Source: Nitrospinaceae bacterium (GTDB lineage: Bacteria > Nitrospinota > Nitrospinia > Nitrospinales > VA-1). Taken from it: 51,457 nucleotides of DNA. The notes beneath the pieces are model-generated. The model saw only the letters and a list, made by a program, of their open reading frames with translations. It did no database searches and had not been told where the DNA came from. Numbering within the stretch: the first letter of the stretch is position 1; each line of letters begins with the position of its first letter. Shown in pieces: positions 43,475 to 51,457 of the stretch. The stretch is taken from NCBI GenBank assembly GCA_029261515.1, contig JAJDBE010000104.1, positions 1 through 51,457 on the forward strand. The letters run 5' to 3'. Made by a program: the position numbers and the translations under genes.

Positions 43475-46400
43475 AATGGATTGAAGGTTCGCTAAAGTAT
43501 GGCGTCACCGTGGCTGTCGGGGTCATCCTGATCCTCATGTTCGGCGCCATGTCGCTTTTCCGCATTCCTGTCCAGTTGGTCCCCGATGTCAGCCAGCCCG
43601 AATTGACCATCTCCACCGAGTGGCCCGGAGCCAGCCCGGAAGAGGTCGAGCGCGACATCGTCGATGAGCAGGAAAAGCATTTGAAATCGATCGTCGGCCT
43701 CGTGGAAATGAAAAGCCTCTCGCAAACCGGAAACGGGCAGGTTTACCTCACCTTCCAGACCGGAGTGGACCTTCAGGAAATTCTGGTGCGCACTTCCAAC
43801 GCTTTGCAACAGGTCTCTTCCTACCCGGAAGATGTCGATCAACCCATCATCAAAACCGTCAACGTGTCCGACCGCCCCATCGCCTGGTTCGTGCTTCAGC
43901 CGTTGCCGGGAATGGAGGACAAGGTCAACGTTTACCAGTACCGCGACTTCGCCGAAGACAAAATCAAATCCCGGTTCGAACGCATTGCTGGTGTCTCCGA
44001 CAGCGAGGTCCGCGGCGGCAGCCGGCTGGAAACCCATGTGACGTTCAACCCGGATGCCCTTGCGGAACGCGGACTCAGTATTTTCGCCATGCGCGAGGCT
44101 CTCCGCCAACAGAACCACAATATCAGCGGCGGCGATTTTGACGAGGGAAAACGCCGCTACATCATCCGCACCCAGGGGGAATTTCAGTCGGTCGAAGACA
44201 TCGAAAATGCCATTCTCACTTATGTCAACGGACGCGCCGTCTACACCAGGGATATCGCCAAAGTGACGGTGGGTTACGACGAGCTCAGAGATTACGTCCG
44301 GCACAACGGGCTGCCGGGGATCGCGGTCAACGCCCGGCGGGAACTGGGATCGAACATTCTCACCGTCATGCAGGAACTCAAACGCGTGCAGAAGGATCTC
44401 AATGAAAACCTGCTCAACCCCCTGGGCCTGCATCTGGTACAAACCGCCGACAAGACCGAATACATCACCCGTTCCATCAAAATGGTGCAGATCAACCTGG
44501 TGGTGGGCGGCATCTTCGCCACGCTCATCCTTTTACTTTTCCTGCGCAGCTTTTACAGCACGATGGTCATCGCCATCGCCATTCCCATCAGCGTGATCGG
44601 TTCGTTTCTGGTCATCACTCTGATGGGCCGGACCATCAACGTCATAATGCTGGCGGGCATGGCATTTGCTGTGGGCATGGTGGTCGACGCCTCGATCATT
44701 GTTCTGGAAAACATTTACCGCCACAAGCAAATGGGGAAACCCACTTTTCAGGCGGCCCTGGAGGGCGCAAGCGAAGTCTGGGGAGCCATCCTCGCGACCA
44801 CACTCACGACACTGGTGGTGTTCATCCCCATATTGTTCATCGAGGAGGAAGCCGGGCAGTTGTTCCGCGATATCGCCGTGGCCATCAGCGCGGCAGTGAC
44901 GTTGTCCATGATCGTGAGCATTCTGGTCATCCCCGCTTTAAGCAATAAACTGCTGGAATATGAATCCCGCCATCAAGGCGATCGTTTATCCTCCTTGACG
45001 AAAGAATTGAAAAATCTTTTCGGGCTGTACAGCCTAGCCGCGAAGTTCAGGGAAATGGTGGTCGCCGGGCTGAAGGCTCTCTTTCGTTCCCGGATAGCTC
45101 AATGGACGGTGGTGTTTTTATTGACCGTGCCACCCGTTGCCGCCGCCTGGATCATGGTTCCCAAAGCGGAATACCTGCCGGAAGGCGATCAGAACGTCAT
45201 CATCGGCATGATGATTCCGCCGCAGGGTTACAACATTCATGAAATGCACCGCCTCGGCAATGAAATGGAAAAAACCTACAGGCCTTATTGGGAAGCGATA
45301 CCGGGAAGCCCGGAAGAGAAAAAGCTGAATGCGCCTGCGGTGCGCAATTTTCTCTTTATCGGCAGCGGCGGAAGATTATTCACAGTGGTCAAAGCCAAAG
45401 ATCCTCACCGCGCAAAAGAATTGATTCCCTTTCTTAAAAGCGAACTGGAAAAGGTTCCCGGCATGATCGCCGTCACGCGCCAGCTCTCGCTGCTCTCAAG
45501 CGCGTTTCGCGGCTCGCGGGGAATTGAAATCAATATCCTCGGGCCCGATCTGGCAAAATTAACGCTCATCACGCAAAATGCGTTTTTCAAACTCAAAAAA
45601 TTGATGCCGGACGCGCAGATCCGCCCGGTGCCCGGAATGGAACTGGGACAACCGCAAATCCAGATCCGGCCGAAATGGCGGGAAATCGCGGAGATGAATG
45701 TCAACGTGTCGGAACTTGGCTATTCCGTTTCCGCGCTGGTCGATGGCGTTTTCGCCGACGAAGTCTATCTGAACCCGGATAAACTTCAGGTCCCCTACGT
45801 TCCTAGAGACGGCATCGACCTTATTCTGAAAAGCCGGGAGCAGGACGTGCAGAAAACCCAGGACATCGGCAAGATGGTGGTCTATACCCGAATGGGCAAA
45901 ACGGTGCCGTTGACCAGCGTGGCCCTGCTGGTGGAAACCGTCAGTTCGGAACAGATTCAACATTTCGAGCGGGAACGATCGATCACGCTTGAAGTGGTGC
46001 CGCCTCCCCAAATGCCTCTGGAAGAAGGCATCGAGATCGTCCGCCAGGAAATCATTCAGCCTCTCACAGACGACGGCACTCTGAGCGGTGGTTACTCCAT
46101 CCGCCTCACCGGCAACGCGGACAAACTGGAGAAAACCCAGGAAGCGATGTCGGGCAATTTTATTCTGGCAATTATTATCACCTACCTGTTGCTGACGGTT
46201 CTATTTCAACACTGGGGATATCCTCTAATCATCATGCTGAGTGTGCCGATGGCCGCGGTGGGGGGTGTGTTCGGCCTGTGGGCGTTGAACCTGTTCGTGC
46301 TTCAGCCGCTGGATGTGCTGACCATGCTGGGATTCATCATTCTCATCGGTGTCGTGGTCAACAACGCGATTCTGATCATCTATCAAAGTTTAAGAAATAT

Positions 46401-46659
46401 GCGGCATGATAATATGCCACCAGAGGAAGCGATTCTCGACAGCGTCCACACCCGCATCCGGCCCATCTTCATGAGCACGCTGACCAGTATTTTCGGGCTG
46501 ATGCCGCTGGTGGCGATTCCCGGCGCCGGCAGTGAAATTTACCGCGGCATCGGGGTGGTGATTCTTTCCGGTCTTTTCCTGAGCACGATTTTCACGCTGG
46601 TTCTCATCCCCTGCCTGATGAATCTGAGCACCGCCAAAAACCAATCGACGCATGGATAA
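43471..46659 (+). CDS. RND efflux transporter permease (AcrB/HAE-type)
   Basis: The 1062-aa protein has 12 TM segments and two large periplasmic loops. Typical AGMAFAVGMVVDASIIVLENI and GFIILIGVVVNNAILI motifs are present. It overlaps the adaptor gene by 4 nt. Confidence 0.95.
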   Translation: MKWIEGSLKYGVTVAVGVILILMFGAMSLFRIPVQLVPDVSQPELTISTEWPGASPEEVERDIVDEQEKHLKSIVGLVEMKSLSQTGNGQVYLTFQTGVDLQEILVRTSNALQQVSSYPEDVDQPIIKTVNVSDRPIAWFVLQPLPGMEDKVNVYQYRDFAEDKIKSRFERIAGVSDSEVRGGSRLETHVTFNPDALAERGLSIFAMREALRQQNHNISGGDFDEGKRRYIIRTQGEFQSVEDIENAILTYVNGRAVYTRDIAKVTVGYDELRDYVRHNGLPGIAVNARRELGSNILTVMQELKRVQKDLNENLLNPLGLHLVQTADKTEYITRSIKMVQINLVVGGIFATLILLLFLRSFYSTMVIAIAIPISVIGSFLVITLMGRTINVIMLAGMAFAVGMVVDASIIVLENIYRHKQMGKPTFQAALEGASEVWGAILATTLTTLVVFIPILFIEEEAGQLFRDIAVAISAAVTLSMIVSILVIPALSNKLLEYESRHQGDRLSSLTKELKNLFGLYSLAAKFREMVVAGLKALFRSRIAQWTVVFLLTVPPVAAAWIMVPKAEYLPEGDQNVIIGMMIPPQGYNIHEMHRLGNEMEKTYRPYWEAIPGSPEEKKLNAPAVRNFLFIGSGGRLFTVVKAKDPHRAKELIPFLKSELEKVPGMIAVTRQLSLLSSAFRGSRGIEINILGPDLAKLTLITQNAFFKLKKLMPDAQIRPVPGMELGQPQIQIRPKWREIAEMNVNVSELGYSVSALVDGVFADEVYLNPDKLQVPYVPRDGIDLILKSREQDVQKTQDIGKMVVYTRMGKTVPLTSVALLVETVSSEQIQHFERERSITLEVVPPPQMPLEEGIEIVRQEIIQPLTDDGTLSGGYSIRLTGNADKLEKTQEAMSGNFILAIIITYLLLTVLFQHWGYPLIIMLSVPMAAVGGVFGLWALNLFVLQPLDVLTMLGFIILIGVVVNNAILIIYQSLRNMRHDNMPPEEAILDSVHTRIRPIFMSTLTSIFGLMPLVAIPGAGSEIYRGIGVVILSGLFLSTIFTLVLIPCLMNLSTAKNQSTHG

Positions 46660-47344
46660 ACCCAACCTCATTCAATTCTGGCAGAGGTTCTTCGCCGATC
46701 TGTTCATCGGCACGTTTAAAAGTTTTTTTATTTTCAGCCTGGCCGGGTTTGCCGTTGGCGTGACAACGCTCTATGGGTTCAAACTGACAATACTGGCGGA
46801 ACTCGATTGGCAAGCCTGGATCGAAACTCTCATTCTCGTGTTCGCATTTTTCTGGTTTGTCGGATTTGGCATTTTTCATGCCTTGATTTCTTCGGTCGTC
46901 CATATCGTCGGGAAAAAGTTTACCGAGATGGTGGGCGGACTGCACGATCTACTCGATCTGTTCACGCGGGAAGTGATTGCAAGAATCCCCAAATTCAGTA
47001 AAAATATCCCCAAAGAAGAACTGGCGAAAAAATTTGACCAAATAGGCAAGGAGTTTCAAAGCAAACTTCGCTTGAAAGGCATTACTGGATGGATTTCGAG
47101 TGTTTTTTTCGGAATCATTCTCAAGGCGCTCAAATTCTTCTTCCTCGATCAGGTGGTGGAGGAATTGCAGAAAAACCCTGCGGAGCAGATCACCTCCAGC
47201 CACATCGAACACGCCGTCCGGCGCGTGGGGGTCGAAATAATTCTTGCGCCCATCACCGATAATCTGATATTACTACAAATCCTGAACGGTGTTTTAATCA
47301 TCCTACTCTTTTCGGTCCCGTTCGGGATTTTCTGGTTTATTTAG
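46652..47344 (+). CDS. Hypothetical membrane protein coupled to the RND gene
   Basis: This 230-aa protein has hydrophobic segments at both ends and an amphipathic middle. Its ATG overlaps the RND stop by 8 nt. No motif is recognisable. Confidence 0.55.
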   Translation: MDKPNLIQFWQRFFADLFIGTFKSFFIFSLAGFAVGVTTLYGFKLTILAELDWQAWIETLILVFAFFWFVGFGIFHALISSVVHIVGKKFTEMVGGLHDLLDLFTREVIARIPKFSKNIPKEELAKKFDQIGKEFQSKLRLKGITGWISSVFFGIILKALKFFFLDQVVEELQKNPAEQITSSHIEHAVRRVGVEIILAPITDNLILLQILNGVLIILLFSVPFGIFWFI

Positions 47345-47369
47345 AGCAACAATGGGTTTTTAGGCCATA

Positions 47370-47675
47370 ATGGACTTGATTTTAAAACAGTTAAAGCGTT
47401 TCCTCCCCAAACTCGGAATCGTACTGGTTCTCCTCAGCTTTGGGGTCATGACAGGGCTTTCCCCCGTTCTCCATGCCCACGAACTGGACCTGGCCCACGC
47501 CCACGACGATTGCGCCCCCTGTCACTGGAGCCAATCGAACCAATCGGTCAACACCGACTTCCAGGTATTTTCTGCGACTTCCGGGTTCCAGTTCTTTTTC
47601 TACACTCCTTCTCAAGTTGCATGCCAGCAATCCAGAAGCAGTATTCTCAATCGCGGTCCTCCTCTCCTTTCGTAA
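47370..47675 (+). CDS. Small exported His-rich protein with CxxCH/CxxC motif
   Basis: The 101-aa protein has the N-terminal anchor/signal LGIVLVLLSFGVMTGL. HAHELDLAHAHDDCAPCHW follows. It precedes the metal-uptake genes. Confidence 0.45.
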   Translation: MDLILKQLKRFLPKLGIVLVLLSFGVMTGLSPVLHAHELDLAHAHDDCAPCHWSQSNQSVNTDFQVFSATSGFQFFFYTPSQVACQQSRSSILNRGPPLLS

Positions 47676-47777
47676 ATACTTTTTTTCATCACTCCAAACT
47701 AATTTTTTAAGAGCTCATAGGGACCCCTTTTTCTAGAAATGTGTCTCTGTGCGGCTTTTTCCTACAGGAGAGTATTT

Positions 47778-48941
47778 ATGAAATTCATAAAATCCCTCTC
47801 TTTGGCGTTGGCGTGTGCCCTGCTGGGCCAGACCGCCTTTGCCGAAGAGAAACAATATTTCGACAACCGCATCGAAACACTGGAAACACGCGTCAAACAA
47901 CTGGAAAGCGAAAAAGCAAAACGGGAAACAGCGACTTCCGGTTCCACCACCGCAACAGGGCTTTCCCGTTACTTCAACCCCGCTATCAGCATTAATGGCT
48001 TGTTGCTTGGGACTTACGTCAATCAGGGACGTACCGATTCCACCCGCGAAGTGAAGACAGGCTTTAAGGTTCAGGAAGTGGAAATGCGCTTCACCGCCAA
48101 CGTCGACTCTTACCTGACAGGAGACCTGACCATCGCGTTTGAAGGCGATGAGGTCGAGGTCGAGGAAATCATCGCATCCTTGCTCATCTCGAACAGACTG
48201 TCTCTCCGAGCCGGAAAGTTTTTCACTCCTTTTGGAAAACACAATCTCCTGCACACACACGCCTTTCCGTTCATCGACGCACCTCTGATCAACGAAGAAA
48301 TTCTGGGTGAGGAGGGAATCAACGAGGTCGGCGTGGGTCTTGCGGTTTTATTGCCCGCACCCTGGTATTCGGAGATCCAACTGCAATTTCTTGAAGGCGA
48401 CAATGCCTTGTTCAAGGGCGCCTTGAACGATGATTTCCTTTACCTTGCGCATTGGAAGAATCTCGTTGAACTGGGTGAGGAACTCACCGCAGAGCTGGGC
48501 GGTTCTTTCGCTTATGGGAAAAACGATCTTGCCTCCGGTCCCTACAACAGCACACAGTTGGCAGGAGCCGACTTGACGTTTAAGTGGAAACCCGCAGGAC
48601 GGGAACGGTACCGGACTTTTGTCTGGCAAACCGAGTTCATCAATTCTTCACGCGATGTCGATAAAAAGGGCATTTACACTTTGATGCAATACCAGTTCGC
48701 ACGCCGGTGGTGGATTCAGGGACGATACGACTTTTTAACCCTGCCCCGCGACCAGGTGGGCGGCGGCGAAGTCGCACAGGACAAGCACCGCTATTCAACC
48801 TTGCTGGCTTTCGTTCTGAGTGAATTTTCCGCCCTGCGCCTGCAGTACAACTATCTGGATCAATTTCAGAGCGAAAACGAGCATCAGGTATTTCTGCAGC
48901 TCAATTTCACATTCGGGTCGCACCCCGCACATTCGTACTGA
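47778..48941 (+). CDS. Outer-membrane beta-barrel (porin-like) protein with N-terminal coiled coil
   Basis: The signal peptide is MKFIKSLSLALACALLGQTAFA, with AGGAGAG upstream of ATG 47778. The coiled coil is IETLETRVKQLESEKAK. Alternating amphipathic strands follow. A His-rich loop (LLHTHAFPF) is present. Confidence 0.62.
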   Translation: MKFIKSLSLALACALLGQTAFAEEKQYFDNRIETLETRVKQLESEKAKRETATSGSTTATGLSRYFNPAISINGLLLGTYVNQGRTDSTREVKTGFKVQEVEMRFTANVDSYLTGDLTIAFEGDEVEVEEIIASLLISNRLSLRAGKFFTPFGKHNLLHTHAFPFIDAPLINEEILGEEGINEVGVGLAVLLPAPWYSEIQLQFLEGDNALFKGALNDDFLYLAHWKNLVELGEELTAELGGSFAYGKNDLASGPYNSTQLAGADLTFKWKPAGRERYRTFVWQTEFINSSRDVDKKGIYTLMQYQFARRWWIQGRYDFLTLPRDQVGGGEVAQDKHRYSTLLAFVLSEFSALRLQYNYLDQFQSENEHQVFLQLNFTFGSHPAHSY

Positions 48942-48996
48942 GTCGTTGAAGTTCCACTTAATAACAATTTGAAACAAACTTCTTCAAGGTGAAAAC

Positions 48997-49923
48997 ATGA
49001 GACCTTTTAATTGGATATATTCCATTTGTATTTTTTTCCTGCTGGCTGTTTCCATCCCCGGCCTCGCAATTGCCAAACTCAATGTCGTCGCCACCACGGA
49101 AGACATTGCCTCTATCGTCAAAGAAGTCGGAGGTGACCTGGTTGACGTAAAAGCCATCGCCAAAGGCTATCAGGACCCGCACTTGATCGAGGCAAAACCG
49201 AGCTACATGCTGAAAGTCAACCGGGCCGACCTGCTCGTCTACCAAGGGCTGGAGCTGGAAGTCGGGTGGCTGCCCCTACTCATCCAGGGTGGAAGAAACC
49301 CTAAAGTGTTGCCCGGAAAACCGGGACATCTGGATCTTTCCCAAGCCATCGCGCCTCTCGAAGTTCCTACTGGCACATTGGACCGCTCGATGGGTGATGT
49401 TCATCCACTGGGAAATCCGCACTACCATCTCAACCCGGAGAACGGCCTGCTGATGGCCCAGTCGATTGCAGATCGCTTACATCGGCTCGATCCTGCCAAC
49501 GCCGAAATCTATACAAACAACCTGGAGCGTTTTCGTCACCGCCTGCAAAACAAGATCGCCGAATGGAAGGCGAAATTGGAAGGGTTTCGCGGCACAAGAC
49601 TGGTCACCTACCACGCCACCTGGCTTTACCTGCTGGATTATTTTGGGTTCGAGAGTATCGGCACGATCGAAAACCGTCCCGGCATCCCCCCCAGTAGCAA
49701 ACACCTGGCAGAGTTGTCGGCGGTCATGCAGCAAACCGGCACAAAAACTATTCTGCAGGCGAACTTTTACGACGATGAATTTTCGGAATTGCTGGCGGGT
49801 AAAGCCCAGGGAACGGTGATGATTCTTCCGGTATCTGTAGGAGGTGTTACCGAAGCTACAGACTATTTCAGCCTGTTTGATGTGCTCACAGGGGAATTGG
49901 AAAACGCATTTTCTAGACCTTAA
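48997..49923 (+). CDS. znuA: Metal (Zn/Mn) ABC transporter substrate-binding protein, ZnuA/TroA family
   Basis: KLNVVATTEDIASIVKEVGGD...GYQDPHLIE...HPLGNPHYHLNP...TYHATWLYL are cluster A-I binding-protein motifs with the metal-ligand His residues. No long His-rich loop is present, so metal specificity is open. Confidence 0.85.
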   Translation: MRPFNWIYSICIFFLLAVSIPGLAIAKLNVVATTEDIASIVKEVGGDLVDVKAIAKGYQDPHLIEAKPSYMLKVNRADLLVYQGLELEVGWLPLLIQGGRNPKVLPGKPGHLDLSQAIAPLEVPTGTLDRSMGDVHPLGNPHYHLNPENGLLMAQSIADRLHRLDPANAEIYTNNLERFRHRLQNKIAEWKAKLEGFRGTRLVTYHATWLYLLDYFGFESIGTIENRPGIPPSSKHLAELSAVMQQTGTKTILQANFYDDEFSELLAGKAQGTVMILPVSVGGVTEATDYFSLFDVLTGELENAFSRP

Positions 49924-50052
49924 AATTCACGTTGTCCTTTGTTAAATATCCGGGCCGGTTCCCGCGAACTCTAAGGAAAGAAGGAGAGGAGGTGATATTC
50001 TCTGATTGAAGCAACTAAAGAAGCGATCACAATCACCGGATTTATCCTAACC

Positions 50053-51024
50053 ATGATGCTTGTCATCGAATACATCAATGTATTTTCCCAGGGGAAGTGG
50101 CAAAATCGATTGAGCCGATACCAGGCCGGTCAGTATTTCTTTGCCGCTCTCCTCGGTACGGTACCAGGATGTCTTGGGTCTTTCGCCATTGTGTCCATGT
50201 ACACTCATCGGATGATTTCCTTTGGGGCTGTGGTCTCGGCGATGATCGCAACGAGCGGAGACGAATCATTCGCCATGTTGTCGCTGGTTCCCAAAGATGC
50301 ATTGCTCTTAATCGTTCTGTTATTCGTCCTGGGCGTTGCGGGAGGTGCATTGACGGATGCGTTTATAGGCAAGCGGTATCGACCATTGAACACCCTCTGC
50401 CCCGGCCATGAGTTTCACATTGCAGGGAAGTGCGAATGCTTCCCTTCTTTTAAAACCGTTTTAGGCCAATGGAAAAGATGCACTCCCACTCGGGGAATGC
50501 TCAGTTTTTTTGTTACAGTTCTTTTAAGTTCTCATCTTTTCGGAATCATCGGTCCCGCTTCCTGGGATGGAGTACGCATTGCGTTATTCCTGATTACATT
50601 TTTGACATTTTTTATTGTCGTCACGGTTCCGGATCAGTTATTGAAGGATTATTTTTGGGATCGCGTGGTGCAGAAGCAATCTTTAAAAATCTTTTTCTGG
50701 ACATTTGGCGCGCTGGCGGCTCTATTTTTTCTGTCACACAACGTTTTTCTGGAAGGAATACTGAAAGAGAACCAATGGACTGCCATGATTACGGCATCTG
50801 TTGTCGGTTTAATTCCGGAATCCGGTCCTCACTACATTTTCACCACCTTATACGTGAAGGACTTGATTCCGTTCAGTGTATTGTTAGCTAATTCCATTGT
50901 TCAGGATGGACATGGTCTGCTCCCCATGCTTTCCTACTCCAGAAAAGCTTTTATCGGGATCAAAGCCATCAATCTCGCGATTGGCCTTCTAGCCGGAATC
51001 ACGGTGATGTGGGTCGGAAAATAA
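50053..51024 (+). CDS. Polytopic permease, putative 10-TM heavy-metal transporter (ArsP_2-like)
   Basis: LLGTVPGCLGSFAIVSMY...ATSGDESFAML and a second half with IPESGPHYIF suggest an internal two-fold repeat with Cys/Asp/Glu/His ligand candidates. The real start is probably upstream of ATG 50053 (see findings). Confidence 0.6.
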   Translation: MMLVIEYINVFSQGKWQNRLSRYQAGQYFFAALLGTVPGCLGSFAIVSMYTHRMISFGAVVSAMIATSGDESFAMLSLVPKDALLLIVLLFVLGVAGGALTDAFIGKRYRPLNTLCPGHEFHIAGKCECFPSFKTVLGQWKRCTPTRGMLSFFVTVLLSSHLFGIIGPASWDGVRIALFLITFLTFFIVVTVPDQLLKDYFWDRVVQKQSLKIFFWTFGALAALFFLSHNVFLEGILKENQWTAMITASVVGLIPESGPHYIFTTLYVKDLIPFSVLLANSIVQDGHGLLPMLSYSRKAFIGIKAINLAIGLLAGITVMWVGK

Positions 51025-51045
51025 AAAACAAATGGATGACTAATA

Positions 51046-51457
51046 ATGAGTGAATTCATCACCTTCATGGGCGCTCCCCTAGCCGCGTGTTTTTTGCTGG
51101 TCATCGCCTACACTTACTTTGGCTGTCATGTTTTGAAGCGAGAGATCATTTTCATTGATCTCTCGCTGGCGCAACTGGCGGCTCTCGGAACGACAGTGGC
51201 GTTTGCCTGGGAGATGGATCTCGATTCCGCAGGCTCTCTGGGGTTATCCCTGATATTTATCATGCTGGGAGCCGGATTTTTCGCGTTCACCCGCTCGCTA
51301 TCCGAAAGAGTGCCGCAGGAGGCGATCATCGGCATCGTCTATGTCGTGGGGGCCTCGGCAGCATTGCTGCTGGCCAGCGGCATGCCGCACGGGGCGGAAC
51401 ACTTGAAAACTCTTTTGAACGGCTCTATCCTGTGGATCACCTGGGGCGGGGTGTTGC
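51046..51457 (+). CDS. znuB: ABC-3 family metal transporter permease (ZnuB-like), N-terminal part running off the right edge
   Basis: This gene is not in the ORF track because it has no stop. My translation from ATG 51046 is MSEFITFMGAPLAACFLLVIAYTYFGCHVLKREIIFIDLSLAQLAALG...QEAIIGIVYVVGASAALLL...LLNGSILWI. The frame is open to the window end. The pattern is typical of ZnuB/MntB/TroD permeases. Confidence 0.8.
   Translation, partial: MSEFITFMGAPLAACFLLVIAYTYFGCHVLKREIIFIDLSLAQLAALGTTVAFAWEMDLDSAGSLGLSLIFIMLGAGFFAFTRSLSERVPQEAIIGIVYVVGASAALLLASGMPHGAEHLKTLLNGSILWITWGGVL

Noticed and set aside
42638-44442. Long minus-strand ORFs (268 and 316 aa) inside the adaptor and RND genes.
   Set aside because: They are antisense shadows of clearly identified efflux genes.
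48946-48987. Inverted repeat ttgaag...cttcaa with an internal ataaca (Zur half-site-like) upstream of the ZnuA-like gene.
   Set aside because: The arms are only 6 bp and are separated by 30 nt. Only a single half-site is present. This does not meet any metalloregulator box consensus that I know.
1-51457. Search for mobile elements, CRISPR arrays, tRNA/rRNA genes, toxin-antitoxin systems or defence systems.
   Set aside because: I found no transposase, integrase or recombinase motifs. I found no regularly spaced direct repeats, no T-loop/acceptor-like tRNA structures in the intergenic gaps, and no nuclease or toxin-like small gene pairs. The window reads as core chromosome.

Overview
This is a densely coding 51.5-kb chromosomal window from a diderm (Gram-negative-type) bacterium. 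I found no rRNA, tRNA, CRISPR array, transposase or integrase. All product calls come from motifs I could read in the translations; no database search was possible.

Layout:
1. 1-11.0 kb: a surface-glycan cluster. It holds a GT2 running off the left edge, an acidic membrane-anchored protein, a MinD/ParA-type ATPase, AsnB-type amidotransferase, three GT-B glycosyltransferases, a short MurJ/MviN-like flippase and a SAM methyltransferase.
2. 11.1-13.2 kb: a CCA-adding-type nucleotidyltransferase and an alpha/beta hydrolase.
3. 13.3-31.2 kb: an ~18-kb run of 18 same-strand genes for corrinoid uptake and late cobalamin assembly, governed by two clear cobalamin riboswitches (13325-13480 and 22085-22230).
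   - Behind riboswitch 1: btuF/btuD/btuC-like genes, cobQ, cobS, a CobU-BluB fusion, cobD and cbiB.
   - Behind riboswitch 2: btuB, an unknown 6-TM protein, cbiA, cobO, a TonB-like protein, a 9x25-aa Ca-loop repeat protein, a cytochrome c lipoprotein, cobT and a secreted blade-like repeat protein.
4. 31.3-33.1 kb: a DapL-like aminotransferase and folK.
5. 33.1-36.7 kb (minus strand): tmk-ubiX-cysteine desulfurase-thiI.
6. 37.0-39.4 kb (minus strand): a chemoreceptor with a periplasmic CxxCH domain and two duplicated PAS domains.
7. 39.8-42.0 kb: a hypothetical protein, a J-domain protein and a DUF1579-like protein.
8. 42.2-47.3 kb: an RND efflux pair plus one extra membrane protein.
9. 47.4-51.5 kb: a non-canonical metal-uptake island. 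It holds a His-rich CxxCH mini-protein, a beta-barrel, a ZnuA-like binding protein, a 10-TM permease and a ZnuB-like permease running off the right edge.

The best candidate for something undescribed is the set of uncharacterised envelope proteins embedded in the riboswitch-2 btuB/cob operon, together with the CobU-BluB fusion.
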